Source of the DNA: a virus
Taxonomy: Duplodnaviria > Caudoviricetes
DNA: 42,136 bases
Reading direction: 5' to 3' (one strand)
Virus record (IMG/VR): IMGVR_UViG_3300025648_000817
Span: 1-42,136 of that record
Shown: piece by piece, positions 17,945 through 26,987 of the stretch
Numbering within the stretch: the stretch's first letter is position 1
Layout of the letters: every line of letters starts with the position of its first letter
Position numbers and translations under genes: made by a program
Notes under the pieces: generated by a model
Told to the model about the DNA's origin: nothing
The model's input: the letters and a program-made list of their open reading frames with translations, nothing else
The model's database searches: none

Positions 17945-20167
17945 TTATATTCCTTTTGCTAATTGACTATTAGGAGTTTTTTCTATAATAGCACCTTGCT
18001 GAATATCTTGCATTTTCTTTTGTGCTTGTAAATCACTTACTTGCATCTCAAGTTGTATCTCTTGAGGTGGTATGATTTGTGCATCTTGCATTAATTTTAT
18101 CTTAGCCTGTTTAGTCAACTTGCTATCAGTCCATATAGTCAATGCAGCAATATCATTTTGTAATTGATTCATTGGCATAGGAACTTGTTGAGGTTGAGGT
18201 TGACTTGATTGTTGTACCATTTGACTTACTTGTTGCATCATTCGTGGATTCTGTGCAATCTGACCGAACATTTGTTTCATCTGCTGAGCTTGAGGAGGAG
18301 GCATTTTAGAAAACATTTGTTGTAGTGGGTCTGATTGAATCCATTTGGAAGCATCCTGTAGTTCATAGATACTTGAAGTATATAACCAAGCAGTAGAAGT
18401 ATCATACTGTACACCCATTTGTTGATAGAATTGCATCTGAGCTAGAAGACCTTGAATCTTCGCTTTTTTCTCGATTATAGCTTGGATACTTCCTATCGTT
18501 ATATCAGGACTTTGTTTTAATAATTCTACACTTAATTGTTTTGTATTATTTACTCCATCTTTTGTTGTTTTTACATCGAATTGTTTTATGTTTCCATCTT
18601 CATCTATTTTATCTGTATATTCTGCTATCATTTGAAGATGTATTCTTATTGAAGGAATAATAGCAAAATTTACAAAGTCTAATAGTTCAGAACTGAATCT
18701 AGTGCATCCACTTGTTATTTCAGCCATGCTTTGTAAAGCTGTTTTATCAGGTGCTCCCTGTACTGGTGATGCATTAGGGTCTGTATTTGTTGCTGTTGTA
18801 TTTTTAATCAATTGTTCATAATATTGTATATTTTCTGTAAGAGCAGGAATGTTTTTATAACCATCAACTTCTTTGAACATTTGATTGAAATTGCCAATAT
18901 CTCCTATGCTACCACCTTTTACAGTCACTTCATTGAGCGTACCAACTTCAATAGTCTTTTTATCATCTGTTAGATGACTTCCTTGTGGAACTAAATAAGC
19001 CGGTTGGATAGCAAATTTTATAGCATCTTGTTTAGCAAGTTGCATTTTAGTAGCTATTTCATTCATGTAGATAGCAGGGACTAATTCACTTAATCCTCTT
19101 AGAGTAGTCACATCAACTAATCTAGGACACCATACAACTCTACATTTACTAAATGTTTCTGGATTACATTCTAGGACTACTTCACTTCCAGCAGTGACTA
19201 TATAATAGTTATCAAGAGTTTCATCATCTAAATCTAAATCACCGATATAGTGAATTATCTCTATCATATTACCAAAGACTTTTCTATAAGCCAATCTATT
19301 GGTATAATTATCTCTTGTTTTTTCTGTGGCTGGAGGAGTACCTATTCTAACAAGTTCTCTTAATTTTTCTTTATCTTCTGCTGATACATCCCATGTTTTG
19401 CAAATATCATTTACTGACATCCATTCTCTGACTATTTTAAAACATGAGGGTTTTTCAAATATTGAATTATCATATATTGTTGAACAAAAGTCTGGGAGTT
19501 TAGTTGTATCGAAAAAGAAATCATGAGGCTCTATGGCTCTTGCATGACATCCTTCCCAGTCTAATTCATCTTCTATTGTTATATCTACTTGAGGCATGCC
19601 ATCTTTGTCTAAGTCTGGACTACCATCTTCTTTTGTTCTAGTTGTTTCTTTTTTAACTTTTTTCATTCTTTTCTGCCAAGTATGAAAAAGAATAAACTCA
19701 CCACGATTAAGACGTTTTTCCATTGCTGCCATATAGGAATTAATAGAGCCACCTTTAATCATTTGTTGTAAGTAATATTGTTTTAAAATCTCATCATCTT
19801 CTGCAACACCAGTATCAACATTGAAAAGTATTTCTGGAGTTTTGAACAAAGAATTATTATATTCAGCCTTAATAGTATCCCTTGCATTCAATACAAAAGG
19901 TAATTTACCCTCAAGAAGTTCATATTGAGCATCATGTTTAGTCATAGGGTCAAGAGAATTGACAACACTACTAACCCAGACAGTATGAGCCTTAACATAA
20001 TCATTAGCAACAAAAGTAGGCATAGCATCTCTATTACTTTTTTGAAAGTGTTGTTCTATTTTAGCACATACCAAATCAGCATTAGTTTTTGTTTCTGTTG
20101 TTTTAGATTTTTTATTATAAACATCTTTTTCTTCATTAAGATTGAATTTTTTATTCTTTTTTGACAT
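17945..20167 (-). CDS. Portal protein (P22-like, Q-rich C-terminus)
   Basis: 740 aa after terL; IEPHDFFFD and RGLSEL...N motifs; C-terminal Q/M-rich extension. Confidence 0.8.
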   Translation of the reverse strand: MSKKNKKFNLNEEKDVYNKKSKTTETKTNADLVCAKIEQHFQKSNRDAMPTFVANDYVKAHTVWVSSVVNSLDPMTKHDAQYELLEGKLPFVLNARDTIKAEYNNSLFKTPEILFNVDTGVAEDDEILKQYYLQQMIKGGSINSYMAAMEKRLNRGEFILFHTWQKRMKKVKKETTRTKEDGSPDLDKDGMPQVDITIEDELDWEGCHARAIEPHDFFFDTTKLPDFCSTIYDNSIFEKPSCFKIVREWMSVNDICKTWDVSAEDKEKLRELVRIGTPPATEKTRDNYTNRLAYRKVFGNMIEIIHYIGDLDLDDETLDNYYIVTAGSEVVLECNPETFSKCRVVWCPRLVDVTTLRGLSELVPAIYMNEIATKMQLAKQDAIKFAIQPAYLVPQGSHLTDDKKTIEVGTLNEVTVKGGSIGDIGNFNQMFKEVDGYKNIPALTENIQYYEQLIKNTTATNTDPNASPVQGAPDKTALQSMAEITSGCTRFSSELLDFVNFAIIPSIRIHLQMIAEYTDKIDEDGNIKQFDVKTTKDGVNNTKQLSVELLKQSPDITIGSIQAIIEKKAKIQGLLAQMQFYQQMGVQYDTSTAWLYTSSIYELQDASKWIQSDPLQQMFSKMPPPQAQQMKQMFGQIAQNPRMMQQVSQMVQQSSQPQPQQVPMPMNQLQNDIAALTIWTDSKLTKQAKIKLMQDAQIIPPQEIQLEMQVSDLQAQKKMQDIQQGAIIEKTPNSQLAKGI

Positions 20168-20327
20168 TAAATCACCTTTAAGTTATAATTTAATTTCTTT
20201 TAATAATCTTTGTGTTATAAAAATATAAGTTATAAGATAGGCATTTCAACCCTTAGTCTATTTTATCTTAAACTTACTCGACCTTTATTTATTTTACCCA
20301 TCTCTTGTGTCTTGAGAGATGATCATA

Positions 20328-20404
20328 TATCAGGAAGGGATTTAAACTCTTAACTCTATCACAAGGATAGTTTTTATCTTGCTTGTCGCTTAAACTACCT
20401 GATA
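20328..20404 (-). ncRNA. tRNA-like structured element (degenerate)
   Basis: Minus strand: TATCAGG...CCTGATA 7-bp acceptor-like stem, TAGTTT...AAAC D-like arm, CTATC-CTTGT-GATAG stem, AAGAG-TTTAAAT-CCCTT T-like arm; 77 nt; no CCA. Confidence 0.35.
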
Positions 20405-20698
20405 TTATTTTGTCAATGTTTCAAAAGCTAAATCTCTATCTTCTTTTTTATGGAAAGGATAAGCCTTACCATCTATGATTAACATTGGTATTTCTTCATA
20501 GTCTGGTTCTTTAGCTGCATCTATAAGGATATTACCACTTTGTTTTGGAACCAATTGTGATTGTTTTAAAATACAAACAATTCTAGTTTTATCTACTAAA
20601 ATAAAACTTTCTTCATTTACTGTTCCATTTATTTTAGTGAATTTTTTTGAAACTTTTCTGTGTTCTTCATTGTCTACCATTCTTAATAAATCGCTCAT
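20405..20698 (-). CDS. Hypothetical protein
   Basis: 97 aa abutting the terL stop. Confidence 0.55.
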   Translation of the reverse strand: MSDLLRMVDNEEHRKVSKKFTKINGTVNEESFILVDKTRIVCILKQSQLVPKQSGNILIDAAKEPDYEEIPMLIIDGKAYPFHKKEDRDLAFETLTK

Positions 20699-22060
20699 TT
20701 AATCCGCCTTTCTTTTCATTTTTTCCCAGAACTTATCTACAAAAACATAAGGTTTAGTTTCTTCTGTAATTATATTCTCAATGACAGGAAAGTAATACTC
20801 AATAATATAACTAGCTGCATCAAATATGTGCCCTAAGAATTTAAGTTCTCTACTGCCTTTTATCTGTGTATGACTTGGAGTTTCAATACTGCTTGTACCT
20901 TCTTTGTATTTTAAAGTTTCACAGTTAAATATTAACCATTTACATTTGGGGTCAATATAAATAAATCTTTCTCCGTCATCGGAAAATATCATTTGATTCC
21001 AAGCATTAACCCTGTTTTTTATTCTTGGATTGTTTCTTCTTATATCAACATCTATCTCTTTGCCTTTAAAATGTTCTCTAAGCATATTTAACATAATGGC
21101 ATAATTACTATAATCAGAATCAGTATGTCTAGCATCTCCAGAGGCATCACCATTTATTATTATCTTGCCTTTGTGATTTCCATAACGAGAAAGAAATTCT
21201 TTCATCGTTTGTTTTGTATTGGTATTTTCAAGTACTATTTCGTCAATAAATAAAACAGTCTGTTCAGTCTTATGTGCTATGACCCAACTCATGGGGTCTA
21301 CGTTGAAATCACATGAGATATGTAATGTTTCTGTATCAAAGTAATTTAAGTCAACTATATTAGCCTCTGTGAAGTGTTTGGTTACTAAATTGATTAAAGC
21401 ATCATTAGGTTTGTTTAAATAATAACAATCATATTCTTCTGGTTTATTTATTTTTAATTGTTCGGCTATCTGAATAAAAATATCATCAATATACGGATTA
21501 TCCAAATAAGTAGTTTCTAAATAATAAATATACGGTGCAGGATTATCTAAATTTAATACTTCCCAGATAGGCAATCTTCTCTGAGTCCTATTGAAAAGTA
21601 ATAAAGCAATACATCCCTTCTTTCTTCCAAGTAATGGCATGAAATAATCAAGAGCAGCTTTACTAATAGACTGAGCTTCATCAATAATATAAATATCTAC
21701 TGCACTAAATCCCTTTAATGCTTCAAGTGAAGAAGTGTTTCTATCAGCCATCCCTGAAAATGTTATACTGCTTCCAGTCTTATTATTCCAAATATCTGAT
21801 TTGTTATATTCCCATCCATAAAGATGAAACTCATCATCAATCTTTGTTATAAATTCAGTGTATAAAGACTTCCTTAAAGTTTCTTGTACTTCTCTTAAAC
21901 ATACTATTTTTTTCTTAACAGAACTTCCGGCCCATAATACACTCTGACACACTGAATAAGATTTACCTGAACCTCTACCGCCAGATAAAGCATACACTGT
22001 ATATCTAGCAGAATTTAAATCAAATATCTCTGCAAATTTTGGTATTAACTTAATCGCCAT
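20699..22060 (-). CDS. terL: Terminase large subunit (PBSX-like)
   Basis: Walker A GGRGSGKS, Walker B YIIDEAQ, TYLDNPY, nuclease CDFNVDPM, GDASG, HIFDAASY. Confidence 0.95.
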   Translation of the reverse strand: MAIKLIPKFAEIFDLNSARYTVYALSGGRGSGKSYSVCQSVLWAGSSVKKKIVCLREVQETLRKSLYTEFITKIDDEFHLYGWEYNKSDIWNNKTGSSITFSGMADRNTSSLEALKGFSAVDIYIIDEAQSISKAALDYFMPLLGRKKGCIALLLFNRTQRRLPIWEVLNLDNPAPYIYYLETTYLDNPYIDDIFIQIAEQLKINKPEEYDCYYLNKPNDALINLVTKHFTEANIVDLNYFDTETLHISCDFNVDPMSWVIAHKTEQTVLFIDEIVLENTNTKQTMKEFLSRYGNHKGKIIINGDASGDARHTDSDYSNYAIMLNMLREHFKGKEIDVDIRRNNPRIKNRVNAWNQMIFSDDGERFIYIDPKCKWLIFNCETLKYKEGTSSIETPSHTQIKGSRELKFLGHIFDAASYIIEYYFPVIENIITEETKPYVFVDKFWEKMKRKAD

Positions 22061-22286
22061 CTTTATCCTCTGTTATGAAAAACGCCTTAATTAAATTGTC
22101 ATCCAAGTAATATCTTTTCTTTCCACCACGACTTATATATATCTGATGATACTTATTACTGCTTAATATAAAATCACCAAATAAATGAATCCTACATTCT
22201 ATTTGCTTCAATTTCCGAAAATCAGAATAATTGATAGAAACCACCTTTCTAAAAAAAATAAAAAAAATTTTAAAAATTATATTCAT
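22050..22286 (-). CDS. Hypothetical protein
   Basis: 78 aa overlapping the terL start. Confidence 0.4.
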   Translation of the reverse strand: MNIIFKIFFIFFRKVVSINYSDFRKLKQIECRIHLFGDFILSSNKYHQIYISRGGKKRYYLDDNLIKAFFITEDKDGD

Positions 22287-22768
22287 AAATTAAATAATAG
22301 GGGGTTCATTTTAAAAATTTAATAAATGTTTCTGTTGGATATTATATCTATGTATTATTGTTTGTATATGAGGGTATAGGGGGTAGATAAAAAAGTTAAA
22401 GAGTATCAATAGTCTTGATATGAGTGTGATTGAGTGTCATGTTGTTAGACTTGAATCAAGTTGATAGTCAAGTATATATTGAAATAATAATTAGAGGCTA
22501 TTCACTTAATGATTTGATTAGGATTATATCAATCTGGATAGATTATAAGTAAAAGATAAGTAACTTGCCTTCTCGTTGATGTGAGTGCCCTCAGAATTGA
22601 TGTAAATGATTCTAACAAAGTTAACATTTTATCTTATGCAATTATCTTTTAATTTTAATTTAATTAAACCAGTTTATGTTTAGATAAGCCAGAGATTAAT
22701 TTATTTAAATTAAACCAAGTTAAATATTAAGTTAAATATTAAATTAAACATTGGTTGCAGTATATATA

Positions 22769-22862
22769 TTATTCTTATTCTTATTCTTATTCTAGAACGA
22801 CTTAATTTACTTAATCAGTATTTTTTAAGACGTTTTAAGACGTCTTAAAAACGTCTTAATTC
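22769..22862. repeat. (TTATTC)4 plus iteron-like palindromic repeats
   Basis: TTAAGACGTTTTAAGACGTCTTAAAAACGTCTTAA near-perfect palindrome; 28/31 match to 29483-29513. Confidence 0.75.
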
Positions 22863-22910
22863 TCTGCAAGTATGAATATCATTGAGTTTAAGGCATACTT
22901 TTTTTCATTA

Positions 22911-23141
22911 TTTAATGAACTTTGTCTGTCAATCAGAAGGGGCTTGACTCTTGACTGTATCTCTGAAAAATTGATTTCAATGGTAGATATATTATAGACC
23001 ATATTTTAAAAAAGCTACATTATCAATATTATTCGTTTTTTCTTGTACTTTTCTTGTACTTTTCTTGTAGTTTTAATGAACTTTTCTTGTACTTTTAATG
23101 AACTTTGCTTGTCAATCAGAAGGGGCTTGACTCTTGACTGT
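22911..23141. repeat. 48-bp direct repeat pair (22911-22958, 23094-23141) with intervening 11-bp TTTTCTTGTAC tandem repeats
   Basis: TTTAATGAACTTTGyyTGTCAATCAGAAGGGGCTTGACTCTTGACTGT twice, 2 mismatches. Confidence 0.9.
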
Positions 23142-23296
23142 TTTTTATTGATAATATTAAATATTATTATCAGGTATATTATATTATTATCTACTAGTTT
23201 ATTTAGTCAACAAATATATATACTCAACAGTAAAAGTTGTCTCCGTACGGTGGACGATTGGCATTTTTTCAAGCTATGATTGAAAACGTTTTTTTA

Positions 23297-23740
23297 CTAT
23301 GCTTTTTTTCTATCCCTAAGCATTATGATTTCTGTCGGCATCTCTGGTAATTCTTTATATGTTTTTACATTATTATCTAATGTTTGTTTCTTTAATCCAC
23401 TTATACTTAAAATAGATTCACATGCTTTGATTACATTGGATTCATTATTGCTATTATTTACAATCTTTATCAATCTGTCTACAACCAAGTCTGTATTGGT
23501 TTTTATCTTAGCCTGAATGTTATTTTCTATACTAGCTTCAATTTTTATTTTTAATTTTTCCTTTTTTTTGGTTAAGTCTTGACGGGCTATATAGTTATAT
23601 ACCTGAGGTTCAGACATTCCATACTTAACTGCAAGTTCTTTGGGCTTCATATTACTTAAATAATCTTTAGTGAAATCTATTTCATTAAATGTGTCAGGTA
23701 GTTTTAAGTTAGCCATATTTAATCCTTTATTTTTGGGCAC
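23297..23740 (-). CDS. terS: Terminase small subunit (putative)
   Basis: N-terminal HTH (MKPKELAVKYGMSEPQVYNYI), coiled coil, NVIKACESILSISG helix; same strand and upstream of terL. Confidence 0.7.
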   Translation of the reverse strand: MPKNKGLNMANLKLPDTFNEIDFTKDYLSNMKPKELAVKYGMSEPQVYNYIARQDLTKKKEKLKIKIEASIENNIQAKIKTNTDLVVDRLIKIVNNSNNESNVIKACESILSISGLKKQTLDNNVKTYKELPEMPTEIIMLRDRKKA

Positions 23741-23788
23741 AAAAAAACTCTTAATTGATTACTGTTTAATGTAATTAGTTAAGAGTTT
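23741..23788 (-). terminator. Long stem-loop with U-tract directly upstream of terS
   Basis: AAACTCTTAA..TTAAGAGTTT 18-bp imperfect stem followed by T7 on the minus strand. Confidence 0.5.
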
Positions 23789-23793
23789 AGTTA

Positions 23794-24030
23794 TTAATCA
23801 TTTATATTATATACTTTGTAATTGTCTTTGGTTATGGGTCTTAATGTTGTGTTTATTATTTTGTTAGTGTTAAAACTTATTTCGTCTTGTTTATAATATT
23901 GTTTATTGTCTATTGTTACTATAGTATTCTTACCATAAATCCACCCTGGATGATTTTTTTTATTTACTTCCTGATGATCTGGAAAGAGTATTTCGTCGAA
24001 TACTGAATTCATATAAAACCGCCTTATCAC
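23794..24030 (-). CDS. Hypothetical protein
   Basis: Probable start MNSVFDEILF. Confidence 0.45.
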   Translation of the reverse strand: MIRRFYMNSVFDEILFPDHQEVNKKNHPGWIYGKNTIVTIDNKQYYKQDEISFNTNKIINTTLRPITKDNYKVYNIND

Positions 24031-24278
24031 TTATCTCTATATGTATATTGTATCATATTTTGTTAAGTTTTACAACATTTATATTACTCTTTAGGCTAAT
24101 ATAAGATAGTTCTTTCGGGGGATAAAATTACTTATTGCATAGTTTATTATAAGAGAGTAAATAAACAAATGGAGAAACAACTAAGTTTACAACAGTAAAA
24201 TAATAATTAAGTTATAGGAATTTAAAAACTGGATAATTAAGTTAAGTAATTTATAAGAATATAGGAGTAATAAAAATT

Positions 24279-24911
24279 ATGTATACAGAGAATATTCACT
24301 TACCAATGTTTAAAGGATTTTATGAAACATATTATTACAGTACATTAGATAGTAACGACTCAGATAATGAAAATATAGAGGATGTAAACTATAACAATTT
24401 ACATAAAGACACCAGTAAATTTTTATGTAAAGAAGTGCAGGGAGATATTAATTTTAGTTTAGATGACAGGGAACAAATAAGAATTAAATTTTTAAAATTA
24501 GAATCACCTGCTTATTACAATTATTCTACTGATAAAATAGATTGTAGAATCTATTTAACTGATAAAGCTATGTATAAATTAATAAATAATACTTATAAGA
24601 ATAAAGAAAAATTTATACAATATTTAAAAAATAACTTTACTAGTTATGATGGTTTTATTTCTTTTTATTCTAATCAATTCCCCGCATGGGTTTTACTATT
24701 TAAGCAGTTAGTTAATAGAGACAGTGAGATAAAAAAAGATAAACATAATATAATAAATGTATTACTTGAGTTTTATTTACAGATTAAATATGTAGAAAGC
24801 AAAACTTATAAAAGATATTGTAATTATGCTACTGATAATTACAGCACTAACTTAATGTTAGAGAGCTATGACAATTTTTCTGAGTATGAGTATATAGAAT
24901 CAATAGGATAA
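24279..24911 (+). CDS. Conserved phage early protein
   Basis: FKGFYET...LESPAYYNYSTDKI...FTSYDGFISFYSN, a motif set I recognise from phage early genes; strong AGGAG RBS. Confidence 0.65.
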   Translation: MYTENIHLPMFKGFYETYYYSTLDSNDSDNENIEDVNYNNLHKDTSKFLCKEVQGDINFSLDDREQIRIKFLKLESPAYYNYSTDKIDCRIYLTDKAMYKLINNTYKNKEKFIQYLKNNFTSYDGFISFYSNQFPAWVLLFKQLVNRDSEIKKDKHNIINVLLEFYLQIKYVESKTYKRYCNYATDNYSTNLMLESYDNFSEYEYIESIG

Positions 24912-24939
24912 TAAATTTATTATAGGAGATAAAAAAATT

Positions 24940-25188
24940 ATGAATAAAGAATTAGACTTATTTATTAAAGATAAATTTAAATGCACTAAAGAAGAGTTAG
25001 TAAGATTGTATAAGAGAGATATTATTAATAATGGTAGTTTTATTATCGCTACTGGAAAAGGTTATCAATTAAATGGAATACGTAATTCGAGAGATCAAAA
25101 ATGGTTTATCAATTTACAACTAGATTTAAATTCTACTAGTGATAGTTGCAATTATGAAAATGTAAGAATAGGTGAGGGAATTTATTAA
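24940..25188 (+). CDS. Early hypothetical protein
   Basis: TATAGGAG RBS, 82 aa. Confidence 0.6.
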   Translation: MNKELDLFIKDKFKCTKEELVRLYKRDIINNGSFIIATGKGYQLNGIRNSRDQKWFINLQLDLNSTSDSCNYENVRIGEGIY

Positions 25189-25355
25189 TGATTTACAATA
25201 ATAAGGAAGTTAAATTAAATAATAAGAATTATAAGCGTAGAAGTGCTGATGGGATACCTGAAAATAATAGTTATAATGAAGGTATCCTGAGTAAGTTTAT
25301 GAGTGATGGAAGCGTACCTGAGTATGTTTACAACAGTAAAGTAATTAAGTTATAG
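25188..25355 (+). CDS. Early hypothetical protein (55 aa)
   Basis: TAATG-coupled; MIYNNKEVKL...VYNSKVIKL read by hand. Confidence 0.5.
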   Translation: MIYNNKEVKLNNKNYKRRSADGIPENNSYNEGILSKFMSDGSVPEYVYNSKVIKL

Positions 25356-25369
25356 GAGTAAATAAAATT

Positions 25370-25657
25370 ATGATGATAAATACATTTATTTTAGAATTTA
25401 AAAACAAAGAGACTCATTCAATTGATTTTTTAGAAAGGCTAACTACTGAAAGTAATTGTGTTATGATAGAAAAAAGATGGAGGTCAAGTATAAATAAGAA
25501 TGTGGTTTATGACCATGCACCTTTTTGTAGTGATAACTTTAATATAGAGGTATCAATACAAGGGAGCCAAGAGGCTTTAGACTACATTGAATATTGTTTA
25601 AAGAAAGAACTAGATACAAAGAAACATTTAAATAAATGCTTAGAATTAAGTATGTAG
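25370..25657 (+). CDS. Early hypothetical protein
   Basis: TATAGGAGTAAATAAAATTATG RBS cassette. Confidence 0.6.
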   Translation: MMINTFILEFKNKETHSIDFLERLTTESNCVMIEKRWRSSINKNVVYDHAPFCSDNFNIEVSIQGSQEALDYIEYCLKKELDTKKHLNKCLELSM

Positions 25658-25691
25658 TACTAATTTATTAATTATAGGAGTAAATAAAATT

Positions 25692-25839
25692 ATGTATATA
25701 TTTAGATAACTCGCAAATAAGAGAGTTCAAAGGTATAGATAAAGACGACGTACTAAAACAGATAGATAAAATGGTAGAAAATAAACAGATAAAATTCAGA
25801 CAGTTTGAAACAATACAGGAAGCCTGTATATATAGATAA
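25692..25839 (+). pseudogene. Frameshifted early ORF
   Basis: Strong RBS then ATG TAT ATA TTT AGA TAA; the +1 frame continues LDNSQIREFKG...CIYR. Confidence 0.5.
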
Positions 25840-25879
25840 GATATTATTAGTTAGTAGTTAATATATAGGAGATAAGAAC

Positions 25880-26254
25880 ATGACTAAAATTAATGAATTG
25901 AAAAAAATACAATCTGAGTCAAGAAACGAACTAGAAATAGAAGTAATAGAAATAATATTAAACCAGGCTGGGGATGATATAGACTTAAAATCATGGTTAG
26001 AGAATTTATTAAGTCATGGATGTATATCTGGCATGGTTTCTGAGTTAGTGCATTATAATGATACACATGCTTTTTATAAAGAGTTCCTTGAGGAAATACA
26101 TGAAGTAATACAAGATGATGAGGAGGAATCAGGAATTAGTATATTTTCTAATACTCAAGATAAGAACCCTTTATATAATTATTTAGCTTGGTACGGTTTT
26201 GAAAGAATAAGCCAAAAATTGTATAGTAGTTTATTTGAAAGTGAAGATGATTAA
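25880..26254 (+). CDS. Acidic early protein (DUF7222-like; possible DNA-mimic/antirestriction)
   Basis: HGCISGMVSELVHYNDTHAFY...NYLAWYGFE motif; very acidic. Confidence 0.6.
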   Translation: MTKINELKKIQSESRNELEIEVIEIILNQAGDDIDLKSWLENLLSHGCISGMVSELVHYNDTHAFYKEFLEEIHEVIQDDEEESGISIFSNTQDKNPLYNYLAWYGFERISQKLYSSLFESEDD

Positions 26255-26287
26255 AATTGTAGTTAGTATAATATAGGAGTAAAGCTC

Positions 26288-26464
26288 ATGAAAACTTTTT
26301 CAATCTTATTTATTATTTTCTTTCCAGGATTTTTAAAATTGTCAATGGAGGAAAATTACTGTTTCAGTCCTGTTATTGATATTCCTATGGTAGCAATGTT
26401 GTCAAGTATATGTTCAGGAATAGTAGTATTTTTAATTTATGGTATCTTTGGAATTATAATATAA
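26288..26464 (+). CDS. Small membrane protein (58 aa, two hydrophobic segments)
   Basis: MKTFSILFIIFFPG...GIVVFLIYGIFGIII; ATAGGAG RBS. Confidence 0.55.
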   Translation: MKTFSILFIIFFPGFLKLSMEENYCFSPVIDIPMVAMLSSICSGIVVFLIYGIFGIII

Positions 26465-26499
26465 AATTATAGGAGTAGTTAAACATACAGGAGTTTAAA

Positions 26500-26670
26500 A
26501 TGGATTACATACAAGAAGAATTAAGAACGCAATTAGATAATTATGATTATTACCAAGAGGAAATAGAAAATACTGATTGTTACCAGGAAAGAATGAACTA
26601 TGAATTAATGAAAAAAGTAACATTGGAAGAAATAAATAGACTAAGAGATATATTAGCTAAAGGAGTTTAA
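26500..26670 (+). CDS. Early hypothetical protein (56 aa)
   Basis: AGGAG RBS; MDYIQEELRTQL... Confidence 0.55.
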   Translation: MDYIQEELRTQLDNYDYYQEEIENTDCYQERMNYELMKKVTLEEINRLRDILAKGV

Positions 26671-26798
26671 ATAATGAATAAAGAATCACTAAAAAGCAAT
26701 ATTGAAATATTAATGTATGAACAGAATGAAATATTAAAAAAACATAATGAACTAATGGGAAATTTATTGTTATTAGTTATCAATAAGGAGCTAAGTAA

Positions 26799-26987
26799 AT
26801 GAAAAGAGGACAATCTTTTATTGAGATGACTTTAATTCTAGTTTTTGTTTCAATAGCAGTATATGCATCTTATCAGACAATAGGATTAAAAACAGTAAAT
26901 ACTTTTAAAACTATAATAAACAAAATCAATGTTACTAATCAAGTAAAACCCGTTAGTAATTCAATAAGAGGTTTTAATCATGTCTGA
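26799..26987 (+). CDS. Flp/Tad-type (type IVb/c) prepilin-like protein
   Basis: MKRG|QSFIE: basic leader, Gly at -1, Glu at +5, then ~18-aa hydrophobic helix and amphipathic tail; AAGGAG RBS. Confidence 0.8.
   Translation: MKRGQSFIEMTLILVFVSIAVYASYQTIGLKTVNTFKTIINKINVTNQVKPVSNSIRGFNHV

Noticed and set aside
1999-20164. Short plus-strand ORFs within the late arm (e.g. 1999, 5950, 6240, 6989, 11139, 14635, 19326)
   Set aside because: Antisense to well-supported structural genes; no RBS or recognisable motifs
22911-23141. Mini-CRISPR or att sites
   Set aside because: Only two 48-bp copies separated by low-complexity tandem repeats; no integrase
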